Shown here: positions 9,096 to 19,248 of the stretch, one piece after another
How the letters are laid out: every line of letters begins with the position of its first letter
How positions within the stretch are numbered: position 1 is the stretch's first letter
Assembly: GCA_044225365.1 (NCBI GenBank)
Contig: JBGAIQ010000010.1
Coordinates: 93,095 to 157,094, forward strand
Reading direction: 5' to 3'
Origin: Planctomycetota bacterium
GTDB taxonomy: Bacteria > Planctomycetota > B15-G4 > JADJEK01
DNA length: 64,000 nucleotides
Translations under genes and position numbers: made by a program
Notes under the pieces: model-generated
The model's input: only the letters and a program-made list of their open reading frames with translations
Database searches by the model: none
What the model was told of the DNA's origin: nothing

Positions 9096-12056
9096 TCACT
9101 CGATGAACAAGAACTCGCTGGTGTTGAACAGGACTCGACACGCGGCCGGCAAACCGTGACTCCCGACCAGTGTCTCGAACGCTTTGGCCTCCTCGGCGGT
9201 GGGCTCGCGCAGCAGCGTGAGCAAGAAGGCTCGTTGAATCTGCGCAGTCGGAGTCACCACTGTCGAAGCGATTCTCTCGGCGAGGAACTCCGAATGACGC
9301 AACACGAACTCGTCGTTGAACAATGCGAGCGACTGCAAGGCGGAGGCCGAGAAGCTTCGCGCGGGTGAGAGCAATCCCAGATCGGGGAAGTCGAGAGCCT
9401 CCATGAACGGATCGGCGATGCTGCGCCATACGACGCGGTAGATGCTGCGTCGTCGCGCCGCCGGCGAGCCCCAATCGAAGTTCGCGTAATCGAGGATCGG
9501 CGTCGATTGCGGTCCGGGCCTCGACGTGAACTGCGCCACGCCAGGTCCTCCCATCGTGAGGTCGATCCGCCCGCTGATCGCGAGCACGCTGTCGCGAATC
9601 GCATCGGCGTCGAGCCGTCTTCGATTCATGCGCCACAGCAAGCGATTGTCGGGATCGACTGCGATCGCGGAGGCATTCGCGATCGACGAGCGACGGTAGG
9701 CTTCGCTCGTCACGATGAGGCGATGGAGCGCTTTCAACGACCCGCGCGCATCGTCGCGGAACCACACGGCGAGCCAGTCGAGGAGATCGGGATGCGAGGG
9801 GACACCACCCATGCGACCGAAGTCGCTTGGCGTGTCGCAGAGGCCGACTCCGAAGTGGTACTGGAAGACCCGGTTCACGATGCTGCGCCAGGTCAGCGGG
9901 TTCTTCGGATCGGCGATCCAATCGGCGAGAGCGGCGCGCCGCGCGCCTTCGTCCTTCCCATCGGCGAGCGCGAAGCGAGCGGGCAGCGCGGTCACGGCGG
10001 AGAGTGCGCCGGGACCGACCTCGGGCCCGGGCTTGTCGAGCTCTCCGCGCTTCAACACATGGATCACGCTCGGGCTCGCGATCGTGACGACGCCCCGCTC
10101 GTTCTCCGCGCAGCGCGAGGCTGCCCACACCTTCTTCTGCGGCGGCAGGCTCGCGAGTTCGTCGCGCGTTCGCGCATGGAGCACGTCGCCCGCGAGCGCG
10201 ACGCGCTGATCTTCGGACCGTTGCGACGCAGGAATCCGAAGGACCGCCTCTGCGGCGCTCTCGATCGCCTCGAGAGGCGCGGTCGGTCCATTCGCCGCGG
10301 AGAGCTTGAAGCGACCGAGGAGGTGGCCGCGTCCTTGGAGCTGTCGCAGGGTGATCGCGAGTCTCGTCTCCTTGTCGACGACGAGCGGCTCCTTCAGTTC
10401 GAGGACTGCGTGATGCGGCGTTCCGACCTCCGGATGGATCGCCCACGAGGTCGAGCGATCGGCGTCGATCGCCTTCGCGACGCCGAATCCGCTCTGCTCG
10501 AAATCCGCGGTCGCGCGACGGAGCGATACGACCTCGGGCGCTGAGGCATCCTTCGAAAACGCTTCGATCTCGATCGAGCTGAGATGGAGGTTGCCGTTGC
10601 TCGCCCGGCCCGGCCCGCGCGCGGGGAGGGAATCATCGGTCATCAGATCGAGTCGCAGCGCGGTGATCCGCTCGAGCTTGCTCGTCGCCGTGATGGTGAT
10701 CGTGTCCGTGTCCGGCGTCGGGCCGCTCGAGAGGAGCGAACCATCGGGCAGTCGTTCGAGACGACAGCCCTCCGCCGATACGAAGGAGTCCGGTACGAGC
10801 GTCTCCCAGGAAGCTGCGGTGGCCCGCGTCGCCTCCCATTCTTCGACGATCGCCGAGTTCTCTCGCGACAGTAGGACCGTGCGATCCCGGCGGACCACCG
10901 CCGCCTCGAGCTCGTTCGCGAGGCGGCGTCGCTTGGAGACGACCGGATCGACGTCGTACGCGATGTCACCACGTCCGATGCCCGCGAAGTCGGCCTGAAG
11001 CGCGAAGTAGTCCTCCTGCGTGATCGGATCGAATTTGTGGGCGTGGCAGCGCGCGCAGTTCGCCGTCGTGCTCACGAACGCCGCCATCGTCTGGGTCACG
11101 AGATCATCGCGATCGAAGTAAGCAAAGCTGGTGGGAGCCGTAGCGGCCGCGCTGCTGTCGTAGTTGCCCGCCCCGAGGAACCCGAGAGCGGGAGTGAGTT
11201 GCGTCTCCTCGGGATAGAAGACGTCGGTCGCCAGTTGCTCGCGAACGAAGCGGTCCCACGGCGTATCGCGATTGAACGAGTCGATCACGTAGTCGCGGAA
11301 TGGCCACGCGTTCGGGCGCAGGTCGTCGTGTTCGAAGCCGTGCGTGTCGGCGAAGTGGATGGTGTCGAGCCAATGACGCGCCCAGCACTCCCCGTAGCGC
11401 GGAGAGTCGAGCAGTCGGTCGACGAGCTTCTCGTAGGCCGAAGGGTCCGGATCGGCGACGAAGGCGGCGACGTCCTCGGGGGAAGGCGGCAGCCCGGTGA
11501 GGTCGAGCGTGAGGCGACGCATCAGTGTGCGGCGATCCGCCGAAGCGACGGGCGCGATCCCGGCCGCGAGAAGACGCTCGCGGACGAATGCGTCGATGGG
11601 ATGCTCTGCGAGCTTCGGCACGCTCGGACGCACCAGCGGTTTCAGCGACCACGAATCGCCGCTCGGCCTCGTATCCGTGACTCTGGGATCGGGTGCGCCG
11701 AGTTCCACCCAGCGTCGCAGCACTTCGATCTCGGCATCCGCGAGTGGCGCCTTCGGCGGCATGCGATGTTCGGCGTCCGACCACGTCACCATCTTGATGA
11801 GGAGGCTCGCATCGATGTCGCCCGGGACCACGGCGGGCCCCGAGTCTCCTCCGCGCTCCCAGCCCGAACGCGAGTCGAGCGTGAGCCCGCCCTTCATCTC
11901 GCCGGACGAATGCGAGTGGCACTCGAAACAGTCGCGTTCGAGCAACGGCACCACTTTCGTCGCGAAGAACTCGTCGGCGCGGCCGGTGCGTGCATCGACC
12001 GAAGGGGCCGTCGCGATGAGGACGGCGCAGGAGACGATGATCCGAAACCGGCTCAT
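9096..12056 (-). CDS. PSD1 (DUF1553)/DUF1549 and planctomycete cytochrome c domain protein
   Basis: CFECH and CARCH heme motifs; HPIDAF, RRLTLDLTGLPP, YGECWARHWLD, NPLTWRSIVNRVFQYHFG, SHPDLLDWLA, RRSIY; GGAGG RBS; adjacent to DUF1501 gene. Confidence 0.93.
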   Translation of the reverse strand: MSRFRIIVSCAVLIATAPSVDARTGRADEFFATKVVPLLERDCFECHSHSSGEMKGGLTLDSRSGWERGGDSGPAVVPGDIDASLLIKMVTWSDAEHRMPPKAPLADAEIEVLRRWVELGAPDPRVTDTRPSGDSWSLKPLVRPSVPKLAEHPIDAFVRERLLAAGIAPVASADRRTLMRRLTLDLTGLPPSPEDVAAFVADPDPSAYEKLVDRLLDSPRYGECWARHWLDTIHFADTHGFEHDDLRPNAWPFRDYVIDSFNRDTPWDRFVREQLATDVFYPEETQLTPALGFLGAGNYDSSAAATAPTSFAYFDRDDLVTQTMAAFVSTTANCARCHAHKFDPITQEDYFALQADFAGIGRGDIAYDVDPVVSKRRRLANELEAAVVRRDRTVLLSRENSAIVEEWEATRATAASWETLVPDSFVSAEGCRLERLPDGSLLSSGPTPDTDTITITATSKLERITALRLDLMTDDSLPARGPGRASNGNLHLSSIEIEAFSKDASAPEVVSLRRATADFEQSGFGVAKAIDADRSTSWAIHPEVGTPHHAVLELKEPLVVDKETRLAITLRQLQGRGHLLGRFKLSAANGPTAPLEAIESAAEAVLRIPASQRSEDQRVALAGDVLHARTRDELASLPPQKKVWAASRCAENERGVVTIASPSVIHVLKRGELDKPGPEVGPGALSAVTALPARFALADGKDEGARRAALADWIADPKNPLTWRSIVNRVFQYHFGVGLCDTPSDFGRMGGVPSHPDLLDWLAVWFRDDARGSLKALHRLIVTSEAYRRSSIANASAIAVDPDNRLLWRMNRRRLDADAIRDSVLAISGRIDLTMGGPGVAQFTSRPGPQSTPILDYANFDWGSPAARRRSIYRVVWRSIADPFMEALDFPDLGLLSPARSFSASALQSLALFNDEFVLRHSEFLAERIASTVVTPTAQIQRAFLLTLLREPTAEEAKAFETLVGSHGLPAACRVLFNTSEFLFIE

Positions 12057-12123
12057 CCATTCACCTCCGCACGAGCGTTGACCATCAAGGCGAACGAAAA
12101 GGCGAACGCAGGAAGTTCACGTC

Positions 12124-12152
12124 ATTAGGTACCTGCCGGCGCGCGCTGTCAA
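12124..12152 (-). promoter_or_regulatory. Possible sigma70-type promoter for the PSD1/DUF1501 operon
   Basis: Perfect TTGACA (12147-12152, minus strand) but only a weak -10 (CCTAAT at 17 nt). Confidence 0.3.
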
Positions 12153-12197
12153 TCTTCTCTCGCCGCCCCGCGGCCGATTCGGCCGCTCACGACGGAT

Positions 12198-13583
12198 TCA
12201 CATCGCGCGGAGCACGGCGCCCACGAACGCTTCGAGCGGGAAGCTCGCGCCGTTCTGCGTGAGTCCGAGACGGACGATCACTGCATCGCTGGACGGGATC
12301 ACGATCACGAATTGACCTTCGTGGCCGTTGGCGAAGAACATGTCCTCCGGCAGGCTCGGGAATGGCCGCTCCGCGCCGGCGGTCCCTCGATTCAGCCACC
12401 AATGCGCGCCGTAGTTTCCCTTCGGCGCATGCGGAGCGGGAGTCGTGACGTAGTCCACGAAGCCCGCAGGGAGTACTCGACGGTTTCGCCACACCCCGTC
12501 GTGCAGGAAGAGCAGACCGAACCGCGCCCAGTCGCGCGCCGTCATGTGGACGTACGAGGAGCCGACGAACGTTCCGGCGGCGTCGCGCTCGAACAACGCG
12601 CTGGAGATTCCGATCGGTCCGAACAGCGCAGCCTGGGGCAGCGAGTGGTACGCAGCATCGTCGCCGATGGCTTCGCGGATCATGCGCTGTACGAGCAGCG
12701 TACTGCCGCTCGCGTAGCTCCAGTGCGTTCCCGGTGGATGGGAGAGCGGACGGCTCGCCGCGTAGGCCGCCATGTCCTTTGCTCGAAAGAGCATCCTCAG
12801 GACATCGGAGCGGGGATTCCCGTAGTCCTCAGTGAGGTCGAGGCCGCTCTCCATCCGCAGGAGATCGAGGAGCGTGATCGATCGTCGCTCGTCGTCTTGC
12901 CACTCCGGGAATCCGGTCGTGCCGCGAAGATCGAGACGCCCCTCTCCCAGCAAAATGCCGACGAGCGAGCTGGTGACGCTCTTCGACATCGACCAGCCGG
13001 GGAGTACGGAGTCCGGCGTGATGTCGGGCGCATAGCGTTCGGCGACGATTCGATCGTGATGGACGATGACCACGGCTCGTGTGCGAAGCGTGCGCTCCGC
13101 GACCTCGCCGTCGAAGGCGAGCTCGAGCGCGCTCGAGAAGGTGCCGTTCTGGAGGCGGGGCGCCGCGTTGCCGTCCGGCCAGGAATCCTGCTCGTTCGCC
13201 TCATCCGCGCTCGGCATCGGATCGGGAAGCGTCGGCTTCTCGACCGGCATCGAGTTGCGATCCGTGAGGAGGATCGCCCCGATCGCGGGCTCGAACTTCG
13301 CGACGCGAACCTGTCCCGGGAGGATCCAGGCTCTCATCGTCCGGGCGGAGGAATCGACCTCGAGATGGAGTCCTCGCAGGAATCCCAGTTCGTCGCTCTG
13401 AATCCGCTCGAGCGGGCGCCCGTCGACGAAGTGCGCGGTGCAAGCGACCTTCGCGGCGTATCCTGCGGCGATCCTCGTGAACGGAATCGCGTACCCGACT
13501 CCGAGGCTGACGAGCAGCGCGAAGGCGAGGGCAACGAACAGGACCGAGAAACGAGTCCGGGTCGTTCGGTCGACGGTGTCCAT
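12198..13583 (-). CDS. Serine hydrolase, beta-lactamase class C / CubicO family, N-terminally anchored
   Basis: SxxK (WSMSKS), LLRMESGL, WSYASG, TARDWARFG, YGAHWW, ANGHEGQ; N-terminal TM helix. Confidence 0.88.
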   Translation of the reverse strand: MDTVDRTTRTRFSVLFVALAFALLVSLGVGYAIPFTRIAAGYAAKVACTAHFVDGRPLERIQSDELGFLRGLHLEVDSSARTMRAWILPGQVRVAKFEPAIGAILLTDRNSMPVEKPTLPDPMPSADEANEQDSWPDGNAAPRLQNGTFSSALELAFDGEVAERTLRTRAVVIVHHDRIVAERYAPDITPDSVLPGWSMSKSVTSSLVGILLGEGRLDLRGTTGFPEWQDDERRSITLLDLLRMESGLDLTEDYGNPRSDVLRMLFRAKDMAAYAASRPLSHPPGTHWSYASGSTLLVQRMIREAIGDDAAYHSLPQAALFGPIGISSALFERDAAGTFVGSSYVHMTARDWARFGLLFLHDGVWRNRRVLPAGFVDYVTTPAPHAPKGNYGAHWWLNRGTAGAERPFPSLPEDMFFANGHEGQFVIVIPSSDAVIVRLGLTQNGASFPLEAFVGAVLRAM

Positions 13584-13620
13584 GTCTCTTCTCCGCACCT
13601 ACGAGTGAGGAGTCACCCAC

Positions 13621-14145
13621 GTGAAGACGACGACGCGCTGGATCGCGGCCATTGCAGCGATCCTACTTTCTGCCTCGATCTCGACCCAGCTCGGCACGGC
13701 GAACGCCGCCGTCCTTAAGTCTCACGATTCTTTCAAGCACTACCGGGTGAAAGGGAAGCTCAAGCACTACATCGAGAACGCCCCGGATTACACCGACTAC
13801 TTCTGGACGGATCTCTACTTCTACGATGACGGTTCGTTCTACGACGGGGAGGACTGGGGAACGTGGAAGTACGACGGCGAGGAGATCCACGCCTCGGTGT
13901 CGAACGACTTCGAGGACGAGATGGAGTGGGAGAACCCGGGCGCAGACGACGTCGACGCCTGGTTCAAGTACACCGATGTCTTCGTCTCGGGCGACAAGAT
14001 CAAGGGGAAGATGAAGGGCGAGGTCGACATCGAGTGGGACTTCTTCTTCTTCGATCCCGACTACCACGAGAAGATGAAGGGGACCTTCTCCGGCTACGAA
14101 GTCGACGACGACGGGAGCGACGACTGGAGTTGGTGGCCCTGGTGA
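13621..14145 (+). CDS. Secreted acidic, aromatic-rich hypothetical protein
   Basis: GAGGAG RBS, GTG start, signal peptide ending ANA; strongly C/G-ending codons; fills the gap between flanking genes. Confidence 0.75.
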   Translation: MKTTTRWIAAIAAILLSASISTQLGTANAAVLKSHDSFKHYRVKGKLKHYIENAPDYTDYFWTDLYFYDDGSFYDGEDWGTWKYDGEEIHASVSNDFEDEMEWENPGADDVDAWFKYTDVFVSGDKIKGKMKGEVDIEWDFFFFDPDYHEKMKGTFSGYEVDDDGSDDWSWWPW

Positions 14146-14149
14146 GGGC

Positions 14150-15067
14150 TCAGGGCCCGCGTTCCGCGATCCGGTACGAAACAACCATGAAGTGCGCATC
14201 GTCGAGGCGCCAGTCCGGGGAATAGGCGCGACCTTGGATCTCGAGCAGTGCTTCGAAGATCGGCTCCGCCGCATCGACGACGACGCGGTTGTACTTGTGG
14301 AATGGCGGACCGACGTGGCCCGTGGCCTTGGAGAACGACTCGGCGTTCTTGCCGTCGCCGACGGCCTGGATCACCCGCCCATCGCCGAGTCCGAGCAACA
14401 TGTGACCTTCGAAGATCACGATGTCGAGCGGTTCCAGCGCGTCGGCGAGGTCGGCCGCGCTTGGTCTTCCCTCGAGTCGCAACAACCCGCGCTGGAATCG
14501 GGCATAGACGTCCTTCGTATCGCCGAAGAACGAGTACTCGGTCGCCACGTTGAAGAGACCGGAACAATCGATGCCCGACGACCGTGCGACGCGGCGCATT
14601 TCGCCGTCCTGCATGTCCGTGAGTTCGAGCAGGCCACGCTCGAGCACCGCGCGCTCTTGGGAATCGCTACCCTCCGGCGCGCTGCCTCCGAACAGATACG
14701 GCACTCCAACGAGGGCGAGCATGCGCTCGAGGACGCGCGCGTCCGGGGGAACGCTCGGCCGTGACCAGGTCGGATCCGACCCTGTCGGAAGAGGCTCGAG
14801 CGTGGATGCGATCGCGAAGAGGTCTTTTCTGAAGTACGGGTGGTACGCGCAATCCGTGACCTGGGCCATGCCGTCGTCGCCGCGGAAGTCGGCGCGCAGG
14901 ACGCTTCCCGCCGGCAGCACCTTTGCGATGTTTCGATCTACTCGCTGGCGCAAGAGGCGCCCCGCCGCGCGATCGAGCAACATCGCCGCGCGATCGTAGA
15001 CCCGAGGGAGGTCGCGAGTCGTGAAGAGCGTCACGGGTTCGCGGGAGAGGCAGGTTTCAGAAGTCAT
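14150..15067 (-). CDS. NlpC/P60-like papain-fold cysteine hydrolase
   Basis: GVPYLFGG ... GIDCSGL ... DIVIFEGHMLL catalytic Cys/His pattern; start uncertain. Confidence 0.7.
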   Translation of the reverse strand: MTSETCLSREPVTLFTTRDLPRVYDRAAMLLDRAAGRLLRQRVDRNIAKVLPAGSVLRADFRGDDGMAQVTDCAYHPYFRKDLFAIASTLEPLPTGSDPTWSRPSVPPDARVLERMLALVGVPYLFGGSAPEGSDSQERAVLERGLLELTDMQDGEMRRVARSSGIDCSGLFNVATEYSFFGDTKDVYARFQRGLLRLEGRPSAADLADALEPLDIVIFEGHMLLGLGDGRVIQAVGDGKNAESFSKATGHVGPPFHKYNRVVVDAAEPIFEALLEIQGRAYSPDWRLDDAHFMVVSYRIAERGP

Positions 15068-15100
15068 GACGAGCGGCGCATCGAGTCGATCGTCATCCGC

Positions 15101-16435
15101 TCAGTGCCGCAACAGGTCGGCGAGGATCATGCTGGCGACGGAGAAGTAGATCACGAGCCCTGTGACGTCGACCAGCGTCGCAACGAAGGGCGCCGAAGCG
15201 CTTGCGGGGTCGAATCCGAGGCGCCGAAGAATGAATGGCAGCATGCAGCCAGAGATCGATCCAAACGTCACGACACCGATGAGACTGAGGAATACCGTGA
15301 GCCCGACGAGGGCGTAATGCTCGCCATACGAAGCGAAAGCAGCCTGCCAAATGAGGATCCGCAGCATGCCGATCGTGCCGAGCACCGTGCCGAGCGCTGC
15401 ACCCGCGAGGATCTCGCGGCGAAGGACTCTCCACCAATCGCCGAGTTGCACTTCTCCCAGCGCCATTGCGCGGATCACGAGAGTCGTGGCCTGCGATCCC
15501 GAGTTTCCACCGCTGCTGATGATCAACGGAACGAACAGCGCCAGTACGACGGCGCGCGCGATTTCGTCCTGGAAGTACGACATCGCCGTTGCCGTCAGCA
15601 GTTCGCCGAGGAACAGCGCGGAGAGCCATCCCGCGCGCATTCGGATCATGCGGCGAAATGGGATCTCGAGATACGGGAATCCCATGACTTCCATACCGCC
15701 CAGCTTTTGAATGTCCTCCGTCGCTTCCTGTTGGACGACGTCGACGATGTCGTCGACGGTGACGACGCCCTTCATATGACCCTCGTCGTCGACGACGGGG
15801 ATCGCGATGAGACCGTGCTTCGCGAACAGGCGGCCGACCGTTTCTTGATCCATGTCCGCCGGCGCCTGAACGACGTTCGTCTTCATGACTTCGCGCACGT
15901 GGGTGTCGGGCTTCGCGGAAAGCAGATCGCGGAACGACACGACTCCAATCAGCTTCTGCTCCGCGTCGACGACGTAGGCGTAGTAGATGGTGCCCGGGTT
16001 CTCGCGGACCTGCTTGCGGATGTAGATGATCGCTTCGTCGACCGTGAGATCCGGGCGCAGCCGCGTATACCGCGGATTCATGATGCCGCCGGCCTCGTCG
16101 TCCTTGTACGCGAGGAGGCCCACGACTTCGCGCCGCGCGCGATCATCGAGTTCACCGAGGAGTTGGAGGCGCTCTTCGATCGGCGTTGCTTGAACGAGGT
16201 CGGCCACCTCGTCGGGCGGGAGCATTCGCAGGCACGAGCGTCGTTCCTTCGGCGTCATGCCGCGAAGGAGTTCGACCTGATCATGCGCTCGCAGCGCGGG
16301 GAAGAGCGTGTCGGCGTTGATGCGATCGAGCTCTCGAAACGCGTTCACTCGCTCCTCGGGCAACAGCAGTGCCCAAGCGCTTTGCAGTTCTTCGCACGAG
16401 AGCGGAACGTCGTTCGCATCTTCCACGGCGGCCAT
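15101..16435 (-). CDS. mgtE: Magnesium transporter MgtE
   Basis: N-domain, CBS pair (AGGIMN, YYAYVVD, GVVTVDDIVD), QEATED, SSGGNSGSQ, DPASASAPFVATLVDVTG. Confidence 0.95.
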   Translation of the reverse strand: MAAVEDANDVPLSCEELQSAWALLLPEERVNAFRELDRINADTLFPALRAHDQVELLRGMTPKERRSCLRMLPPDEVADLVQATPIEERLQLLGELDDRARREVVGLLAYKDDEAGGIMNPRYTRLRPDLTVDEAIIYIRKQVRENPGTIYYAYVVDAEQKLIGVVSFRDLLSAKPDTHVREVMKTNVVQAPADMDQETVGRLFAKHGLIAIPVVDDEGHMKGVVTVDDIVDVVQQEATEDIQKLGGMEVMGFPYLEIPFRRMIRMRAGWLSALFLGELLTATAMSYFQDEIARAVVLALFVPLIISSGGNSGSQATTLVIRAMALGEVQLGDWWRVLRREILAGAALGTVLGTIGMLRILIWQAAFASYGEHYALVGLTVFLSLIGVVTFGSISGCMLPFILRRLGFDPASASAPFVATLVDVTGLVIYFSVASMILADLLRH

Positions 16436-16661
16436 GGCGCGAGTCCTATTCGGCACATGGGTCTGACGGATGTCGCGTGACCGGCTTCAATCACACGGCG
16501 ACTGTCCGCGTTCTTTCGATCTTCTTCTCGCGGTGCGAAGATCGCGCGCGAGAAATCGGAATTTCGTACGAGAGGTGCAACGAACACGCCGCGCAACGTC
16601 GACCGACGAGAGCGCGGCGTCAGACCAGGACGGACCGTCCCGATTCGAGCAGGCTACGAGT

Positions 16662-17669
16662 TCAGCGATCCTTGAACCGGAATGCCTTGTCGAGCGCCGT
16701 GAACGGCTTGCCGTCGAGTTCGGCGTAAGGGTAGATGAAGAAGTTCAAATGCTCGCCCGTTTGCCGCGGCTCGAGATCGATGTCACGCCCTCGCGTGAAT
16801 GCGATGCGATTCTCGGTCAGGTTGCCGAAGTAGTAATCCGCGACGTCCTTCTTGCCGGCGTCGAGTGCCTTGTCCGCCTCGGAGGCGTCGACCGGCACCC
16901 AGCCCGTGTTCTTTACATAGAACTCGGCCCAGCAGTGGTAGCCCTTGACCTCTCCCTCTCCGCGGGCTTCTGGCAGCGGAAATCCGATCGTGAATCGCGT
17001 GGGAATGCCCTTCGATCGTGCCATCGACATGAACATCGCGTGGAAGTCGGTGCAGTTCCCGTACCCGCTCGCGCAGGCGAATTCCGTGCTGCCCTTGCCC
17101 CACCCCTCGCCCTCCTTCGAGTAGCGCATCTTCTCGAGGACTTTGCGATAGATCTTGTCCGCGGCGTCGACCGTACCGGTCGCGTCTTTCGTCGCGTCGG
17201 CCGCCATCTGCGCCGTCGGCCCGCCGATCGGGGCCAGCTTGTCGCCGAGCAGGTCGCGAGGGTGCGGTTCGTCGGCGAACATCGACCCCTTCAAGTCGCC
17301 GATGCGCTCGACGATGTCGACGTCGTATTCGGCCGTGATCTCGCACGGTTTCAACTTGTCGCCCTCGAGGAGGAAATGCGCCATCTTGTTTCCCGAGCCG
17401 CCTTCGACGCGGATGTCCGGCGGAACGGGGCCCTGGATCCGCGAGTCCTTGACGAGTTGTTCCGGCGTCGATTGTGGCATCGGCAGCCAGAGGTCGAGCC
17501 GCTTCGCGCCGGCGGGGGCCTCCTTCACCTTGGCCACATAGGTGAAGGTCACGCTGCGCTGCTTCGCGCCCTCGCGGACGACGAGCTGCGGAGACGCGCC
17601 GGGAAGTGGAATGCTGCTGCATCCCGCAAGGGCGAGGATCGCAGCCGCGTAGGAAACCTTCGAACGCAT
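16662..17669 (-). CDS. Transglutaminase-like lipoprotein
   Basis: Lipobox LAGC; [21 protein letters not shown] catalytic triad motifs. Confidence 0.88.
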   Translation of the reverse strand: MRSKVSYAAAILALAGCSSIPLPGASPQLVVREGAKQRSVTFTYVAKVKEAPAGAKRLDLWLPMPQSTPEQLVKDSRIQGPVPPDIRVEGGSGNKMAHFLLEGDKLKPCEITAEYDVDIVERIGDLKGSMFADEPHPRDLLGDKLAPIGGPTAQMAADATKDATGTVDAADKIYRKVLEKMRYSKEGEGWGKGSTEFACASGYGNCTDFHAMFMSMARSKGIPTRFTIGFPLPEARGEGEVKGYHCWAEFYVKNTGWVPVDASEADKALDAGKKDVADYYFGNLTENRIAFTRGRDIDLEPRQTGEHLNFFIYPYAELDGKPFTALDKAFRFKDR

Positions 17670-17821
17670 GGAATCTCCTCTTCGGATGGAATGGGTTGGC
17701 GTCGGTCGATCCTCGTCGATCGATCAGGGCGGGCGCGCGAAGGGATGACACCCCTGACGTCACCGCCCAGCCGCGTTATACCGTTTCTTGGAGCGCGCCT
17801 CGACCGTACGATGAGTTCGCC

Positions 17822-18616
17822 ATGCACGCTTACCTCGAACTCCTCCGCCACATCGAGAACCACGGCACGAAGAAGCTCGACCGCACCGGTGTCGGGACTC
17901 TCTCGGTGTTCGGCTACCAACTGCGCTGCGACCTCGCGAAGGGCTTCCCGCTCCTCACGACGAAGAAGGTCCACCTGAAGTCGGTGATCCACGAACTTCT
18001 GTGGTTCCTCAAGGGATCGACGAACGTCGCCTACTTGAAGCAGAACGGAGTCACGATCTGGGACGAGTGGGCCGACGACCGTGGCGAACTCGGGCCGGTC
18101 TATGGCAAGCAATGGCGATCGTGGGAATGCAAGGACGGGCGGACCGTCGACCAGATCGCACAGGTCGTGGACCAGATCCGGAAGAACCCCGACTCACGCC
18201 GCCACATCGTGTCGGCCTGGAACGTTGGTGAGATCGACAAGATGGCGCTCCCGCCCTGCCACACGCTCTTTCAGTTCTACGTCGCGAATCAGAAGCTGTC
18301 ATGTCAGCTCTACATGCGCAGCGCCGACTGCTTCCTCGGCGTCCCATTCAATATCGCGTCGTACGCACTGTTCACGATGATGATGGCGCAGGTCACCGAT
18401 CTCGCACCGGGCGACTTCGTCCTCACGATCGGCGACGCGCATCTGTATCTCAACCATCTCGAACAGGTTGCGCTCCAGCTCACGCGCGATCCACGGCCGC
18501 TGCCTACGATGAAGCTCAATCCCGCCGTGAAGTCGATCTTCGACTTTACCTACGAGGACTTCACCCTCGAGGGTTACGACTGTCATCCCGCCATCAAGGC
18601 GCCCATCGCCGTCTGA
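17822..18616 (+). CDS. thyA: Thymidylate synthase
   Basis: [69 protein letters not shown]. Confidence 0.98.
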   Translation: MHAYLELLRHIENHGTKKLDRTGVGTLSVFGYQLRCDLAKGFPLLTTKKVHLKSVIHELLWFLKGSTNVAYLKQNGVTIWDEWADDRGELGPVYGKQWRSWECKDGRTVDQIAQVVDQIRKNPDSRRHIVSAWNVGEIDKMALPPCHTLFQFYVANQKLSCQLYMRSADCFLGVPFNIASYALFTMMMAQVTDLAPGDFVLTIGDAHLYLNHLEQVALQLTRDPRPLPTMKLNPAVKSIFDFTYEDFTLEGYDCHPAIKAPIAV

Positions 18617-18632
18617 AGCGGAGGCACTCGCG

Positions 18633-19133
18633 ATGAAGGTCTCGCTCGTCGTCGCCATGGCCAGGAACGGCGTCATCGGTCGCGACGGAAAGCTGCCGTG
18701 GCACCTCCCTGACGATTTGAAGCGCTTCAAGGCCACGACCGTGGGCCGCGCCGTCATCATGGGTCGCAAGACCTTCGAATCGATCGGAAAGGCCCTCCCG
18801 AATCGCCAGAACATCGTGATTACGCGTCGCGGCGAACTCGCGACGGCCACCGCGCAGGGCTGCGACGTCGTGGCGTCGTTGGAGGAGGCGCTCGCCCGGG
18901 TGCTCGTGCGCGACGAGTGCTTCGTGATCGGCGGCGGCGAGATCTACCGCGCCGCGCTCCCTCGAGCGGACCGGATCCTGTTGACGCAGGTCGACGCCGA
19001 TGTGGAGGGCGACGTCCGATTCCCGCCGTTCGACGCGAAGGAATGGACCGAAGTCGCCTGCGAATCCCACCCGGCCGATGAACGGCATGCGTATGCGTTC
19101 GCTATCGTGACGCTCCAGCGAACGACGGGTTGA
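18633..19133 (+). CDS. folA: Dihydrofolate reductase
   Basis: NGVIG, LPWHLPDDLKRFK, IMGRKTFESI, LPNRQNIV, VIGGGEIY, GDVRFP; GGAGG RBS directly after thyA. Confidence 0.97.
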   Translation: MKVSLVVAMARNGVIGRDGKLPWHLPDDLKRFKATTVGRAVIMGRKTFESIGKALPNRQNIVITRRGELATATAQGCDVVASLEEALARVLVRDECFVIGGGEIYRAALPRADRILLTQVDADVEGDVRFPPFDAKEWTEVACESHPADERHAYAFAIVTLQRTTG

Positions 19134-19169
19134 CGCGATCGGCGGTTGGCCAAGACGACGAAGAACGGA

Positions 19170-19221
19170 GCCGCGCTGGAGCGCGGCGGTCCTCCCGTAG
19201 GGGCGCACGGCTTGTGCGCCC
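19170..19221. repeat. Composite REP site: one GGACC-type unit (minus) plus one GTAG-type unit (plus)
   Basis: GCCGCGCTGGAGCGCGGCGGTCC (19170-19192) and GTAGGGGCGCACGGCTTGTGCGCCC (19197-19221), between convergent genes. Confidence 0.8.
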
Positions 19222-19248
19222 GGACCCCCCCGAATTCGACGTCGGACG

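Noticed and set aside
16436-16661. M-box (ykoK) riboswitch upstream of mgtE
   Set aside because: No recognisable conserved M-box sequence or terminator by eye; an Rfam scan would be needed
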